Part shown: one piece after another, positions 20,166 through 32,100 of the stretch
Numbering within the stretch: the stretch's first letter is position 1
Layout of the letters: the number at the start of each line of letters is the position of its first letter
The notes under the pieces: model-generated
Database searches by the model: none
What the model was told of the DNA's origin: nothing
What the model saw: only the letters and a program-made list of their open reading frames with translations
Position numbers and translations under genes: made by a program
Assembly: GCA_964035545.1 (NCBI GenBank)
Contig: OZ037767.1
Location: 13,067,801 to 13,131,800 of the forward strand
Direction: 5' to 3'
From: Bugula neritina
Lineage: Eukaryota; Animalia; Bryozoa
DNA length: 64,000 bases

Positions 20166-23100
20166 CTGCAATAATAAACCAAACTACTGAAAGGCAATTT
20201 GAAAGTATATCTTATATTGTGGAATTATCCTGTTACTGCAATTTGCTAAAAAAGCTCTCTTTGTTATGATAAAAAGTTTTACACACGTAATATAACCCTC
20301 TGTTCTAACTAATAGTGTAATATAAACTGGGTGTTTATGCTTCAAGTACCATTTTATAGCACACAAATTTTACAATATATATTTATGCAAATTGTTGCAT
20401 TGTTATAAGTTAGCTTTTAGACAATAATTTTTAAAGTGTAGCACTTCTGTTCTAACCACTAATATTTTGAAATGTACAAATGCAGCACAATTAAAGTTTT
20501 AAACAGATAGCCTTAATCTCTATACACCTACATTCTGTTAGCTCCACCTGGCCACATGGGGTTTCTCTTTCTGTAAGGGAAGCTGTCTTCTGAACTGGAA
20601 CCATCTGATCCTGCAAAGCTTTCTGGGAATCTGGCCATTCCAATGTTGTAGTTACTTGCTTTAAATCTCAATGCAGGATGTTGATAAATCAATGGGTTAT
20701 TTCTGTGTACATCAGGTTTGGTTCTTTTACGTATCTACAAGTAAATCTCCAGTTACACCAAACCGTCAATATAATATTTTCGTAGATCTCTTTTGCAACG
20801 TTAATTAATTTTAGTCTATAAAAAGCAAATATGCAGCCATTTAAGTAAAACTTAGACCAATTAGTTTTGTTTATTCATTAGGAAACATCAGGTACATTTT
20901 ATGTGTGATTGTTTGACTTTACAGAGTTCTCAGAAAAGGGTTTTATTTTAAAAGGAGTTGCCTGCTAATTAAATACCATATTGCGTTATCAACACAAACT
21001 TCAAAGTAGCAAGTAGAAACCTTAACTTGAACTAAACTATTATTGTGGAGGACAACTCCCCTATAAGTAGAGAAATATATCTGGCGTGAAACAAAAGAAA
21101 TAATACATGTGAGCTATGCATTATTGCTTTTTACTATTACAGTTAGTAAGTTACTTACACATATACTTACTATTACAGTTAGTAAGTTACTTACACATAA
21201 TACTTACTATTACAGTTAGTAAGTTACTTACACATAATACTTACTATTACAGTTAGTAAGTTACTTACACATAATACTTACTATTACAGTTAGTAAGTTA
21301 CTTACACATGATACTTACTATTGCAGTTAGTAAGTTACTTACACATAATACTTACTATTACAGTTAGTAAGTTACTTACACATAATACTCACTGTTACAG
21401 TTAGTAAGTTACTTACATATTTTACTTACTATTAAAGTGAGTATAAGTTACTTACACGTGTTACTTACTATTGCAGTTAGTAACTTAGTTACACATAACA
21501 CTTACTACTACAGTTAGTAAGTCACTTACACATAATACTCACTGTTACAGTTAATAGTAAGTTACTTACACATAATACTCACTGTTACAGTTAGTAAGTT
21601 ACTTACATATTTTACTTACTATTAAAGTGAGTATAAGTTACTTACACATAATACTTACTATTACAGTGAGTATAAGTTACTTACACGTGTTACTTACTAT
21701 TGCAGTTAGTAACTTAGTTACACATAACACTTACTACTACAGTTAGTAAGTCACTTACACATAATACTCACTGTTACAGTTAATAGTAAGTTACTTACAC
21801 ATACTGCTTATTATTACAGTTGGTAAATTACTTACATATAATACTTACTATTAGAGTTAGTAAGTTACTTACATATACTACTTATTATTACAGTTAGTAA
21901 GATACTTACACATACTGCCAGCAACACCCCCATGACTCCTAAGAGTATCACTCCTGCTACAGTTCCAGATATCACAGGTGCCAGCCACACAGCTGCTCTG
22001 TTCGGTTTTTCTAAAAAATTTATGATAAAATCCTACTGATGTGAGCTATTAACACTAGAGGTGTAAAACCTTTACTACTGCAAATGTGATGTAGTGTTAT
22101 ACAATTTTTATAAGAATTAAATAGCTTCTTTTGAAAAGATGAGTTCTTATAGTAAATGCTAAATGAGACAGTATATTGGAGAAATTTTTTTATTTATAAG
22201 CGACTGAGAGTTTTTTTATTTCTTCTACGGAAAAATAAAGCAAATTATTTTCCATATAGGCATACTTTAAACTAATGTGCAAATAATTGATACTTTTTGA
22301 GATGGATCACAATTTGTTTGACATAACTACACAGGGCTGAACCAATAATCCTCAAACTGCTCTGTTTCACTTTTAATTGGGACTACATAATTTTTTTGAT
22401 TCAAATAAATTTGGTTTGATTTAATACAGTATTTTTGTTCTTTATGTGTCATAATTGCAGAAAATAGTTTTTCCTACAAAATTGATTGAGAAACTACTTC
22501 TGTTAAAACTGGGAAACCTCGACAGGAAGTAGAGGTGAAGTATCCTGAGTATTTTAATAAATCAATTTGTCACTCATACAAATTATATTCCTAATAGATG
22601 AACTATAACATGCAAAAATAACCTTTCTGTTTACATAAGAAATATACAAAGAAAATACGAATCGGTCAACAATTACCTTCTTTAGTAATTGTACTGGGTT
22701 AATTCCACACTATTTTGACCAAATTTATTACGGACTTTGTTGTATAGTAAAATATAGTTTTAATCTTTAGCTGCATTTTTTAATCTTAGGAGAAATATTG
22801 TTACTCAAGAAAACAGTTATATAACTTTTATTTATAGTAAAACACATGTCTCATAATCTGGCTGTTAAACTATCAACAGATTATTTGTGAGATGAAATAG
22901 AGAATTAGGGTTATAGAAACACATGAAAGCTATACACAACAAAGTTGAGAGACATTGATTAAAGCTCCGTTAACTTCACATAAATGTGTAATAACTAGCA
23001 AATACCTGCTGTGGTAGTCATAGGAGATATTGTGGTAGTTGTACTAGCTGGTACAATGACAATCTGTCCTCCTGAAGCTGCTGTAGATGTTTCGTTTCCT

Positions 23101-26100
23101 AATTGAACAGGAACTAAAGCTGTCTGAGTAACTGCTGTCGACACAATGTTCTCCAAGCTTGTTACATTGAGCTCTTCTTCACCAGCTAGTGGATCCATAG
23201 CAACATCAAAATCTACTATTACATTTGCATTTGGATCAACTGCACGTTTTCTTCTACCTTGGGCTTGACATCTAAAATTTTTGTACATAATATTAAAGCT
23301 AACATTTCTGTTGCATGAATGTATAAACTTTTTTCAAAAGCTTGACTGAATGATTCTAAAAGTTGTTGAAATATCAGTTTTTTAGAAACTTACGTGAAAG
23401 AAATTCTTATAACTGCAACAAAATGGGTAGCAGCCTCCGAAGAGAAGCTTGTGTATATCTGTAAAGAGAAATTGCACTGTGCTACTCACCATAACCAGTA
23501 CATAACAAATACATAATTTTGTGCACAAGTGCGCAAGTGGTGCTAATCATAACAAGTTATAACTAATTAAAAGTCAACTGGAGTGATTGATGAATAACAT
23601 GATGTAACATCTCTTGAAGACAAAATATCTTCCATTTAAGATAGTGTATGACAATGAGAAGGGTAAAATACTATCCCTAATTACATAATACCAATGATTT
23701 TGAGCAACAATAAACTGAGTTAAACGATGTCATATGTATTGCTGTATTCTCATGTTAATAGCATTAAAAACATCTTCTCACTTGAACAATCACAGCCAGT
23801 CTCATCTCAGCATACGCTACTGTTGTAGGATCTTCAATGTCAGTGTTACAACCACTTGGAAATGTGTAGATAATTTGTGTGCTGAACTGCACTGTGTTCA
23901 CTGCGACAGCTGTATCCTCTACAAGAAAAACAGAATGTAATGTAAGCACAAGTGACTATATTGAAAGACTGTGACATTTCAAAGTCATATAATAAAGTAA
24001 AATTACCCTACTTTTATCAGTTAGTTGGTAGGTCTACTAAAATACTACCTTTCCACCATTTTAAAATAAACTCACCAACACAATTGTTAGTTGATGAGTC
24101 TCTAATGTAGTTGCTGTCACATTCACATACTTCAAGGAGGTTACATACTTCATTTTCCAAACAACTGTCACATAGTTTGGTGAATATGGGCTCTACAGTT
24201 AAATAACACATTATTAGACAAGAGAAAAAGCAATCAACAATAAAAAATATTGATAAAAATGATTATTTAAATATTTTGTAATGTTTTGCGAGCATTGAAA
24301 AATAAACTGGTTGAATTTACACAAAAACTAGCCAATTGTAACATGGTTTAGTAAAAAAAGGATCTACAAGGAAATAATTAAAATTTGTGATGTCCTTTTT
24401 AGTTTGATAGAAAGAGAAATTATATTTAATGTGAATTGTTAAAATACCAGAAAAAGCAAAGCCTCTAGTTAAATGCTATAGACTATGGATATATTTAAAA
24501 TAGTAAAACTGTTTAACTTCAAGAAAGAACATGACTTTGCAAAATGATGGGAAAGCTTAAAACTAGTGTGAACGAACCAAGCGGTTAGGAAAACGTAAGA
24601 CTGACAAGCAGCGAACTGGACACCCCAATGATTTGAGTGATGCTACCCTGCTTGATGAAACTGGAAATAGTGCAAAAGGGAAGGATTTCTAAACAACTCG
24701 TTGAACTCTAGGACACAACTTCTCAAACAGGAAGCACCAAAAAGTGTTTGAATTAAACTAGCTGAAATTTCTGAATAAACAAGAAAACAGTAGATAGTAA
24801 ACTAAGGACAGCAGAGCTTGTATGGTTAGTAAAAAAGTTACGAAATTAGATAGTACGAGAAGAATGTCTACTTCTAGTAAAGCAGAATATTTGCAAAACA
24901 TGGATTCCGTGAAGATTGGCAAATGCATAGGTTGAAGGATGTTTACGACAATGGGTTAGAGACAAATGATAAGCAAGACGGGAAAACTCTTGAGGAAGTA
25001 CAAGCGAAATTAGGACAAACAAAACAAAAAACACTGTTGGTTGGAAAAAAAGAGTTTGAACCAGTAAACCTGACAAATACAGTATATGATGAAAAAAAAG
25101 TAAGACTAGCGTAATGACAGATAGAGCGAATAAAAAAAGATTATGTTGAAAAATGTAAGGTGAAACAAATTTACCTGAAGTTGTGGGTGTTGTGGTGGTT
25201 GTAGGCGTTGTAGTAGTGGTTGGTGTTGTGGTGGTTGTAGGAGTCGTAGTAGTTGTGGGTGTTGTAGTGGTGGTGGGTATTGTAGTTGTGGTGGGTGTTG
25301 TATTAGTGGTGGTTGTTGTGGTGGTTGTAAGTGTTGTAGTAGTGGTGGGTGTTGTAGTGGTGGTGGGTGTTGTAGTGGTGGTGGGTGTTGTAATGGTGGT
25401 GGGTGTTGTGGTGGTTGTGGCTGTTGTAGTAGTGGTGGGTGTTGTGGTGGTCGTGGGAGTTGTAGTAGTGGTGGTTGTCGGTGTTGTAGTAGTGGTGGGT
25501 GTTGTAGTGGTAGTGGGAGTTGTAGTAGTGGTGGTTGTCGGTGTTGTAGTAGTGGTGGGTGTTGTAGTGGTTGTGGGTGTTGTGGTGGTTGTGGCTGTTG
25601 TAGTAGTGGTAGGTGTTGTGGTAGTCGTGGGAGTTGTAGTAGTGGTGGTTGTGGGTGTTGTAGTAGTGGTGGGTGTTGTGGTGGTTGTAAGTGTTGTAGT
25701 AGTTGTGGGTGTTGTAGTAGTGGTGGGTGTTGTAGTGGTGGTGGGTGTTGTGGTGGTTGTAAGTGTTGTAGTGGTTGTGGGTGTTGTAGTAGTGGTGGGT
25801 GTTGTAGTGAGGGTGGGTGTTGTGGTGAATGTGGCTGTTGTAGTAGTGGTGGGTGTTGTGGTGGTTGTAGGAGTCGTAGTAGTTGTGGGTGTTGTAGTAG
25901 TAGTGGGTATTGTAGTTGTGGTTGGTGTTGTAGTAGTGGTGGGTGTTGTGGTGGTCGTGGGAGTTGTAGTAGGGGTGGTTGTGGGTGTTGTAGTAGTGGT
26001 GGGTGTTGTAGTGGTGGTGGGTGTTGTGGTGGTTGTAGGAGTCGTAGTAGTTGTGGGTGTTGTAGTAGTAGTGGGTATTGTAGTTGTGGTTGGTGTTGTA

Positions 26101-29100
26101 GTAGTGGTGGGTGTTGTGGTGGTCGTGGGAGTTGTAGTAGTGGTGGTTGTGGGTGTTGTAGTAGTGGTGGGTGTTGTAGTGGTGGTGGGTGTTGTGGTGG
26201 TCGTGGGTGTTGTAGTAGTGGTGGGTGTTGTGGTGGTCGTGGGAGTTGTAATGGTGGTGGTTGTCGGTGTTGTAGTAGTGGAGGGTGTTGTGGTGGTTGT
26301 GGGAGTTGTAGTAGTGGTGGTTGTCAGTGTTGTAGTAGTGGTGGGTGTTGTAGTGGTGGTGGGAGTTGTAGTAGTGGTGGTTGTGGGTGTTGTAGTAGTG
26401 GTGGGTGTTGTGGTGGTCGTGGGAAGTGTAGTAGTGGTGGTTGTCGGTGTTGTAGTAGGGGTGGGTGTTGTAGTGGTCGTGGGAAGTGTAGTAGTGGTGG
26501 TTGTCGGTGTTGTAGTAATGGTGGGTGTTGTAGTGGTGGTGGGTGTTGTGGTGGTTGTGGCTGTTGTAGTAGTGGTGGGTATTGTAGTTGTGGTTGGTGT
26601 TGTAGTAGTGGTGGGTGTTGTAGTGGTTGTAAGTGTTGTAGTAGTTGTGGGTGTTGTAGTAGTGGTAGGTGTTGTAGTGGTGGTGGGTGTTGTGGTGGTT
26701 GTGGCTGTTGTAGTAGTGGTGGGTGTTGTGGTGGTTGTAGGAGTCGTAGTAGTTGTGGGTGTTGTAGTAGTGGTTGGTATTGTAGTTGTGGTTGGTGTTG
26801 TAGTAGTGGTGGGTATTGTAGTGGTGGTGGGAGTTGTAGTAGTGGTGGCTGTGGGTGTTGTAGTAGTGGTGGGTGTTGTGGTGGTCAAGGGAAGTGTAGT
26901 AGTGGTGGTTGTCGGTGTTGTAGTAGGGGTGGGTGTTGGAGTGGTAGTGGGAGTTGTAGTAGTTGTGGCTGTTGTAGTAGTGGTGGGTGTTGTAGTGGTT
27001 GTCGGTGTTGTAGTAGTGGTGGGTGTTGTAGTGGTGGTGGGTGTTGTGGTGGTTGTGGCTGTTGTAGTAGTGGTAGGTATTGTAGTTGTGGTTGGTGTTG
27101 TAGTAGTGGTGGGTGTTGTGGTGGTTGTAAGTGTTGTAGTAGTTGTGGGTGTTGTAGTAGTTGTGGGTGTTGTAGTAGTGGTGGGTGTTGTAGTGGTGGT
27201 GGGTGTTGTGGTGGTTGTGGCTGTTGTAGTAGTGGTGGGTGTTGTGGTGGTTGTAGGAGTCGTAGTAGTTGTGGGTGTTGTAGTAGTAGTGGGTATTGTA
27301 GTTGTGGTTAGTGTTGTAGTAGTTGTGGGTGTTGTGGTGGTTGTAAGTATTGTAGTAGTTGTGGGTGTTGTAGTAGTGATGGGTGTTGTAGTAGTAGTGG
27401 GTATTGTAGTTGTGGTTGGTGTTGTAGTAGTGGTGAGTGTTGTGGTGGTCGTGGGAGTTGTAGTAGTGGTGGTTGTGGGTGTTGTAGTAGTGGTAGGTGT
27501 TGTAGTGGTGGTGGGTGTTGTGGTGGTCGTGGGTGTTGTAGTAGTGGTGGGTATTGTGGTGGTCGTGGGAGTTGTAGTGGTGGTGGTTGTCGGTGTTGTA
27601 GTAGTGGTGGGTGTTGTGGTGGTTGTGGGAGTTGTAGCAGTGGTGGTTGTCGGTATTGTAGTAGTGGTGGGTGTTGTAGTGGTGGTGGGTGTTGTGGTGG
27701 TTGTGGCTGTTGTAGTAGTGGTGGGTATTGCAGTTGTGGTTGGTGTTGTAGTAGTGGTGGGTGTTGTGGTGGTTGTAAGTGTTGTAGTAGTTGTGGGTGT
27801 TGTAGTAGTGGTGGGTGTTGTAGTGGTGGTGGGTGTTGTGGTGGTTGTGGCTGTTGTAGTAGTGGTGGGTGTTGTGGTGGTCGTGGGAGTTGTAGTAGTG
27901 GTGGTTGTGGGTGTTGTAGTAGTGGTAGGTGTTGTAGTGGTGGTGGGTGTTGTGGTGGTCGTGGGTGTTGTAGTAGTGGTGGGTGTTGTGGTGGTCGTGG
28001 GAGTTGTAGTGGTGGTGGTTGTCGGTGTTGTAGTAGTGGTGGGTGTTTTGGTGGTTGTGGGAGTTGTAGTAGTGGTGGTTGTCGGTGTTGTAGTAGTGGT
28101 GGGTGTTGTAGTGGTGGGTGTTGTGGTGGTTGTGGCTGTTGTAGTAGTGGTGGGTATTGCAGTTGTGGTTGGTGTTGTAGTAGTGGTGGGTGTTGTGGTG
28201 GTTGTAAGTGTTGTAGTAGTTGTGGGTGTTGTAGTAGTGGTGGGTGTTGTAGTGGTGGTGGGTGTTGTGGTGGTTGTGGCTGTTGTAGTAGTGGTAGGTG
28301 TTGTAGTGGTGGTGGGTGTTGTGGTGGTCGTGGGTGTTGTAGTAGTTGTGGGTGTTGTGGTGGTCGTGGGAGTTGTAGTGGTGGTGGTTGTCGGTGTTGT
28401 AGTAGTGGTGGGTGTTGTGGTGGTTGTGGGAGTTGTAGTAGTGGTGGTTGTCGGTGTTGTAGTAGTGGTGGGTGTTGTGGTGGTTGTAAGTGTTGTAGTA
28501 GTTGTGGGTGTTGTAGTAGTGGTGGGTGTTGTAGTGGTGGTGGGTGTTGTGGTGGTTGTAAGTGTTGTAGTGGTTGTGGGTGTTGTAGTAGTGGTGGGTG
28601 TTGTAGTGAGGGTGGGTGTTGTGGTGGTTGTGGCTGTTGTAGTAGTGGTGGGTGTTGTGGTGGTTGTAGGAGTCGTAGTAGTTGTGGGTGTTGTAGTAGT
28701 AGTGGGTATTGTAGTTGTGGTTGGTGTTGTAGTAGTGGTGGGTGTTGTGGTGGTCGTGGGAGTTGTAGTAGTGGTGGTTGTGGGTGTTGTAGTAGTGGTG
28801 GGTGTTGTAGTGGTGGTGGGTGTTGTAGTGGTCGTGGGTGTTGTAGTAGTGGTGGGTGTTGTGGTGGTCGTGGGAGTTGTAATGGTGGTGGTTGTCGGTG
28901 TTGTAGTAGTGGAGGGTGTTGTGGTGGTTGTGGCTGTTGTAGTAGTGGTGGTTGTCAGTGTTGTAGTAGTGGTGGGTGTTGTAGTGGTGGTGGGAGTTGT
29001 AGTAGTGGTGGTTGTGGGTGCTGTAGTAGTGGTGGGTGTTGTGGTGGTCGTGGGAAGTGTAGTAGTGGTGGTTGTCGGTGTTGTAGTAGGGGTGGGTGTT

Positions 29101-32100
29101 GTAGTGGTCGTGGGAAGTGTAGTAGTGGTGGTTGTCGGTGTTGTAGTAGTGGTGGGTGTTGTAGTGGTGGTGGGTGTTGTGGTGGTTGTGGCTGTTGTAG
29201 TAGTGGTGGGTATCGTAGTTGTAGTTGGTGTTGTAGTAGTGGTGGGTGTTGTAGTGGTTGTAAGTGTTGTAGTAGTTGTGGGTGTTGTAGTAGTGGTAGG
29301 TGTTGTAGTGGTGGTGGGTGTTGTGGTGGTTGTGGCTGTTGTAGTAGTGGTGGGTGTTGTGGTGGTTGTAGGAGTCGTAGTAGTTGTGGGTGTTGTAGTA
29401 GTGGTTGGTATTGTAGTTGTGGTTGGTGTTGTAGTAGTGGTGGGTATTGTAGTGGTGGTGGGAGTTGTAGTAGTGGTGGCTGTGGGTGTTGTAGTAGTGG
29501 TGGGTGTTGTGGTGGTCGTGGGAAGTGTAGTAGTGGTGGTTGTCGGTGTTGTAGTAGGGGTGGGTGTTGGAGTGGTAGTGGGAGTTGTAGTAGTTGTGGC
29601 TGTTGTAGTAGTGGTGGGTGTTGTAGTGGTTGTCGGTGTTGTAGTAGTGGTGGGTGTTGTAGTGGTGGTGGGTGTTGTGGTGGTTGTGGCTGTTGTAGTA
29701 GTGGTAGGTATTGTAGTTGTGGTTGGTGTTGTAGTAGTGGTGGGTGTTGTGGTGGTTGTAAGTGTTGTAGTAGTTGTGGGTGTTGTAGTAGTTGTGGGTG
29801 TTGTAGTAGTGGTGGGTGTTGTAGTGGTGGTGGGTGTTGTGGTGGTTGTGGCTGTTGTAGTAGTGGTGGGTGTTGTGGTGGTTGTAGGAGTCGTAGTAGT
29901 TGTGGGTGTTGTAGTAGTAGTGGGTATTGTAGTTGTGGTTAGTGTTGTAGTAGTTGTGGGTGTTGTGGTGGTTGTAAGTATTGTAGTAGTTGTGGGTGTT
30001 GTAGTAGTGGTGGGTGTTGTAGTAGTAGTGGGTATTGTAGTTGTGGTTGGTGTTGTAGTAGTGGTGGGTGTTGTGGTGGTCGTGGGAGTTGTAGTAGTGG
30101 TGTTTGTGGGTGTTGTAGTAGTGGTAGGTGTTGTAGTGGTGGTGGGTGTTGTGGTGGTCGTGGGTGTTGTAGTAGTGGTGGGTGTTGTGGTGGTCGTGGG
30201 AGTTGTAGTGGTGGTGGTTGTCGGTGTTGTAGTAGTGGTGGGTGTTGTGGTGGTTGTGGGAGTTGTAGCAGTGGTGGTTGTCGGTATTGTAGTAGTGGTG
30301 GGTGTTGTAGTGGTGGTGGGTGTTGTGGTGGTTGTGGCTGTTGTAGTAGTGGTGGGTATTGCAGTTGTGGTTGGTGTTGTAGTAGTGGTGGGTGTTGTGG
30401 TGGTTGTAAGTGTTGTAGTAGTTGTGGGTGTTGTAGTAGTGGTGGGTGTTGTAGTGGTGGTGGGTGTTGTGGTGGTTGTGGCTGTTGTAGTAGTGGTGGG
30501 TGTTGTGGTGGTCGTGGGAGTTGTAGTAGTGGTGGTTGTGGGTGTTGTAGTAGTGGTAGGTGTTGTAGTGGTGGTGGGTGTTGTGGTGGTCGTGGGTGTT
30601 GTAGTAGTGGTGGGTGTTGTGGTGGTCGTGGGAGTTGTAGTGGTGGTGGTTGTCGGTGTTGTAGTAGTGGTGGGTGTTTTGGTGGTTGTGGGAGCTGTAG
30701 TAGTGGTGGTTGTCGGTGTTGTAGTAGTGGTGGGTGTTGTAGTGGTGGTGGGTGTTGTGGTGGTTGTGGCTGTTGTAGTAGTGGTGGGTATTGCAGTTGT
30801 GGTTGGTGTTGTAGTAGTGGTGGGTGTTGTGGTGGTTGTAAGTGTTGTAGTAGTTGTGGGTGTTGTAGTAGTGGTGGGTGTTGTAGTGGTGGTGGGTGTT
30901 GTGGTGGTTGTGGCTGTTGTAGTAGTGGTGGGTATTGCAGTTGTGGTTGGTGTTGTAGTAGTGGTGGGTGTTGTGGTGGTTGTAAGTGTTGTAGTAGTTG
31001 TGGGTGTTGTAGTAGTGGTGGGTGTTGTAGTGGTGGTGGGTGTTGTGGTGGTTGTGGCTGTTGTAGTAGTGGTGGGTGTTGTGGTGGTTGTAGGAGTCGT
31101 AGTAGTTGTGGGTGTTGTAGTAGTGGTGGGTTTTGTAGTTGTGGTTGGTGTTGTAGTAGTGGTGGGTGTTGTAGTGGTGGTGGGAGTTGTAGTAGTGGTG
31201 GTTGTGGGTGTTGTAGTAGTGGTGGGTGTTGTGGTGGTCGTGGGAAGTATAGTAGTGGTGGTTGTCGGTGTTGTAGTAGGGGTGGGTGTTATAGTGGTGG
31301 TGGGAGTTGTAGTAGTGGTGGTTGTCGGTGTTGTAGTAGTGGTGGGTGTTGTAGTGGTGGTGGATGTTGTGGTGGTTGTGGCTGTTGTAGTAGTGGTGGG
31401 TATTGTAGTTGTGGTTGGTGTTGTAGTAGTGGTGGGTGTTGTGGTGGTTGTAAGTGTTGTAGTAGTCGTGGGTGTTGTAGTAGTGGTGGGTGTTGTAGTG
31501 GTGGTGGGTGTTGTGGTGGTTGTGGCTGTTGTAGTAGTGGTGGGTGTTGTGGTGGTTGTAGGAGTCGTAGTAGTTGTGGGTGTTGTAGTAGTGGTGGGTA
31601 TTGTAGTTGTGGTTGGTGTTGTAGTAGTAGTGGGTGTTGTAGTGGTGGTGGGTGTTGTGGTGGTTGTAGGAGTCGTAGTAGTTGTGGGTGTTGTAGTAGT
31701 GGTGGGTATTGTAGTTGTGGTTGGTGTTGTAGTAGTGGTGGGTGTTGTGGTGGTTGTAAGTATTGTAGTAGTTGTGGGTGTTGTAGTAGTGGTGGGTGTT
31801 GTAGTGGTGGTGGGTGTTGTGGTGGTTGTGGCTGTTGTGGTAGTGGTGGGTGTTGTGGTGGTCGTGGGAGTTGTAGTAGTGGTGGTTGTCGGTGTTGTAG
31901 TAGTGGTGGGTGTTGTAGTGGTAGTGGGAGTTGTAGTAGCGGTGGTTGTCGGTGTTGTAGTAGTGGTGGGTGTTGTAGTAGTAGTGGGTATTGTAGTTGT
32001 GGTTGGTGTTGTAGTAGTGGTGGGTGTTGTGGTTGTCGTGGGAGTTGTAGTAGTGGTGGTTGTGGGTGTTGTAGTAGTGGTGGGTGTTGTAGTGGTGTTG

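Noticed and set aside
20526-20534. Stop codon at the end of exon 8 in all three tail copies (ATG TAG / AAG TGA) as the true gene end
   Set aside because: It is the expected by-product of a phase-2 GTAGGT/GTGAGT donor; a conserved 52-nt coding exon follows in all copies.
21131-21909. CRISPR-like appearance of ~37-bp palindromic repeats
   Set aside because: The units are contiguous with no unique spacers, there are no cas genes, and the context is a eukaryotic intron.
21131-21909. Recursive (ratchet) splicing sites within the array
   Set aside because: The unit has TAGTAAGT (AG and GT share a G) rather than AG|GT, has no polypyrimidine tract, and the branch-to-AG distance is only ~9 nt.
24540-25140. 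Purine-rich, coding-looking + strand stretch (ORF 24923-25114) in M2 intron 2
   Set aside because: Short, with no recognisable motif or homologue in the paralogues.
24846-25174. Hydrophobic C-terminal extension of the 5140-aa ORF as a TM anchor
   Set aside because: It lies beyond a good donor (CAG|GTAAAT at 25175), is T-rich intron sequence and is not conserved in M3.
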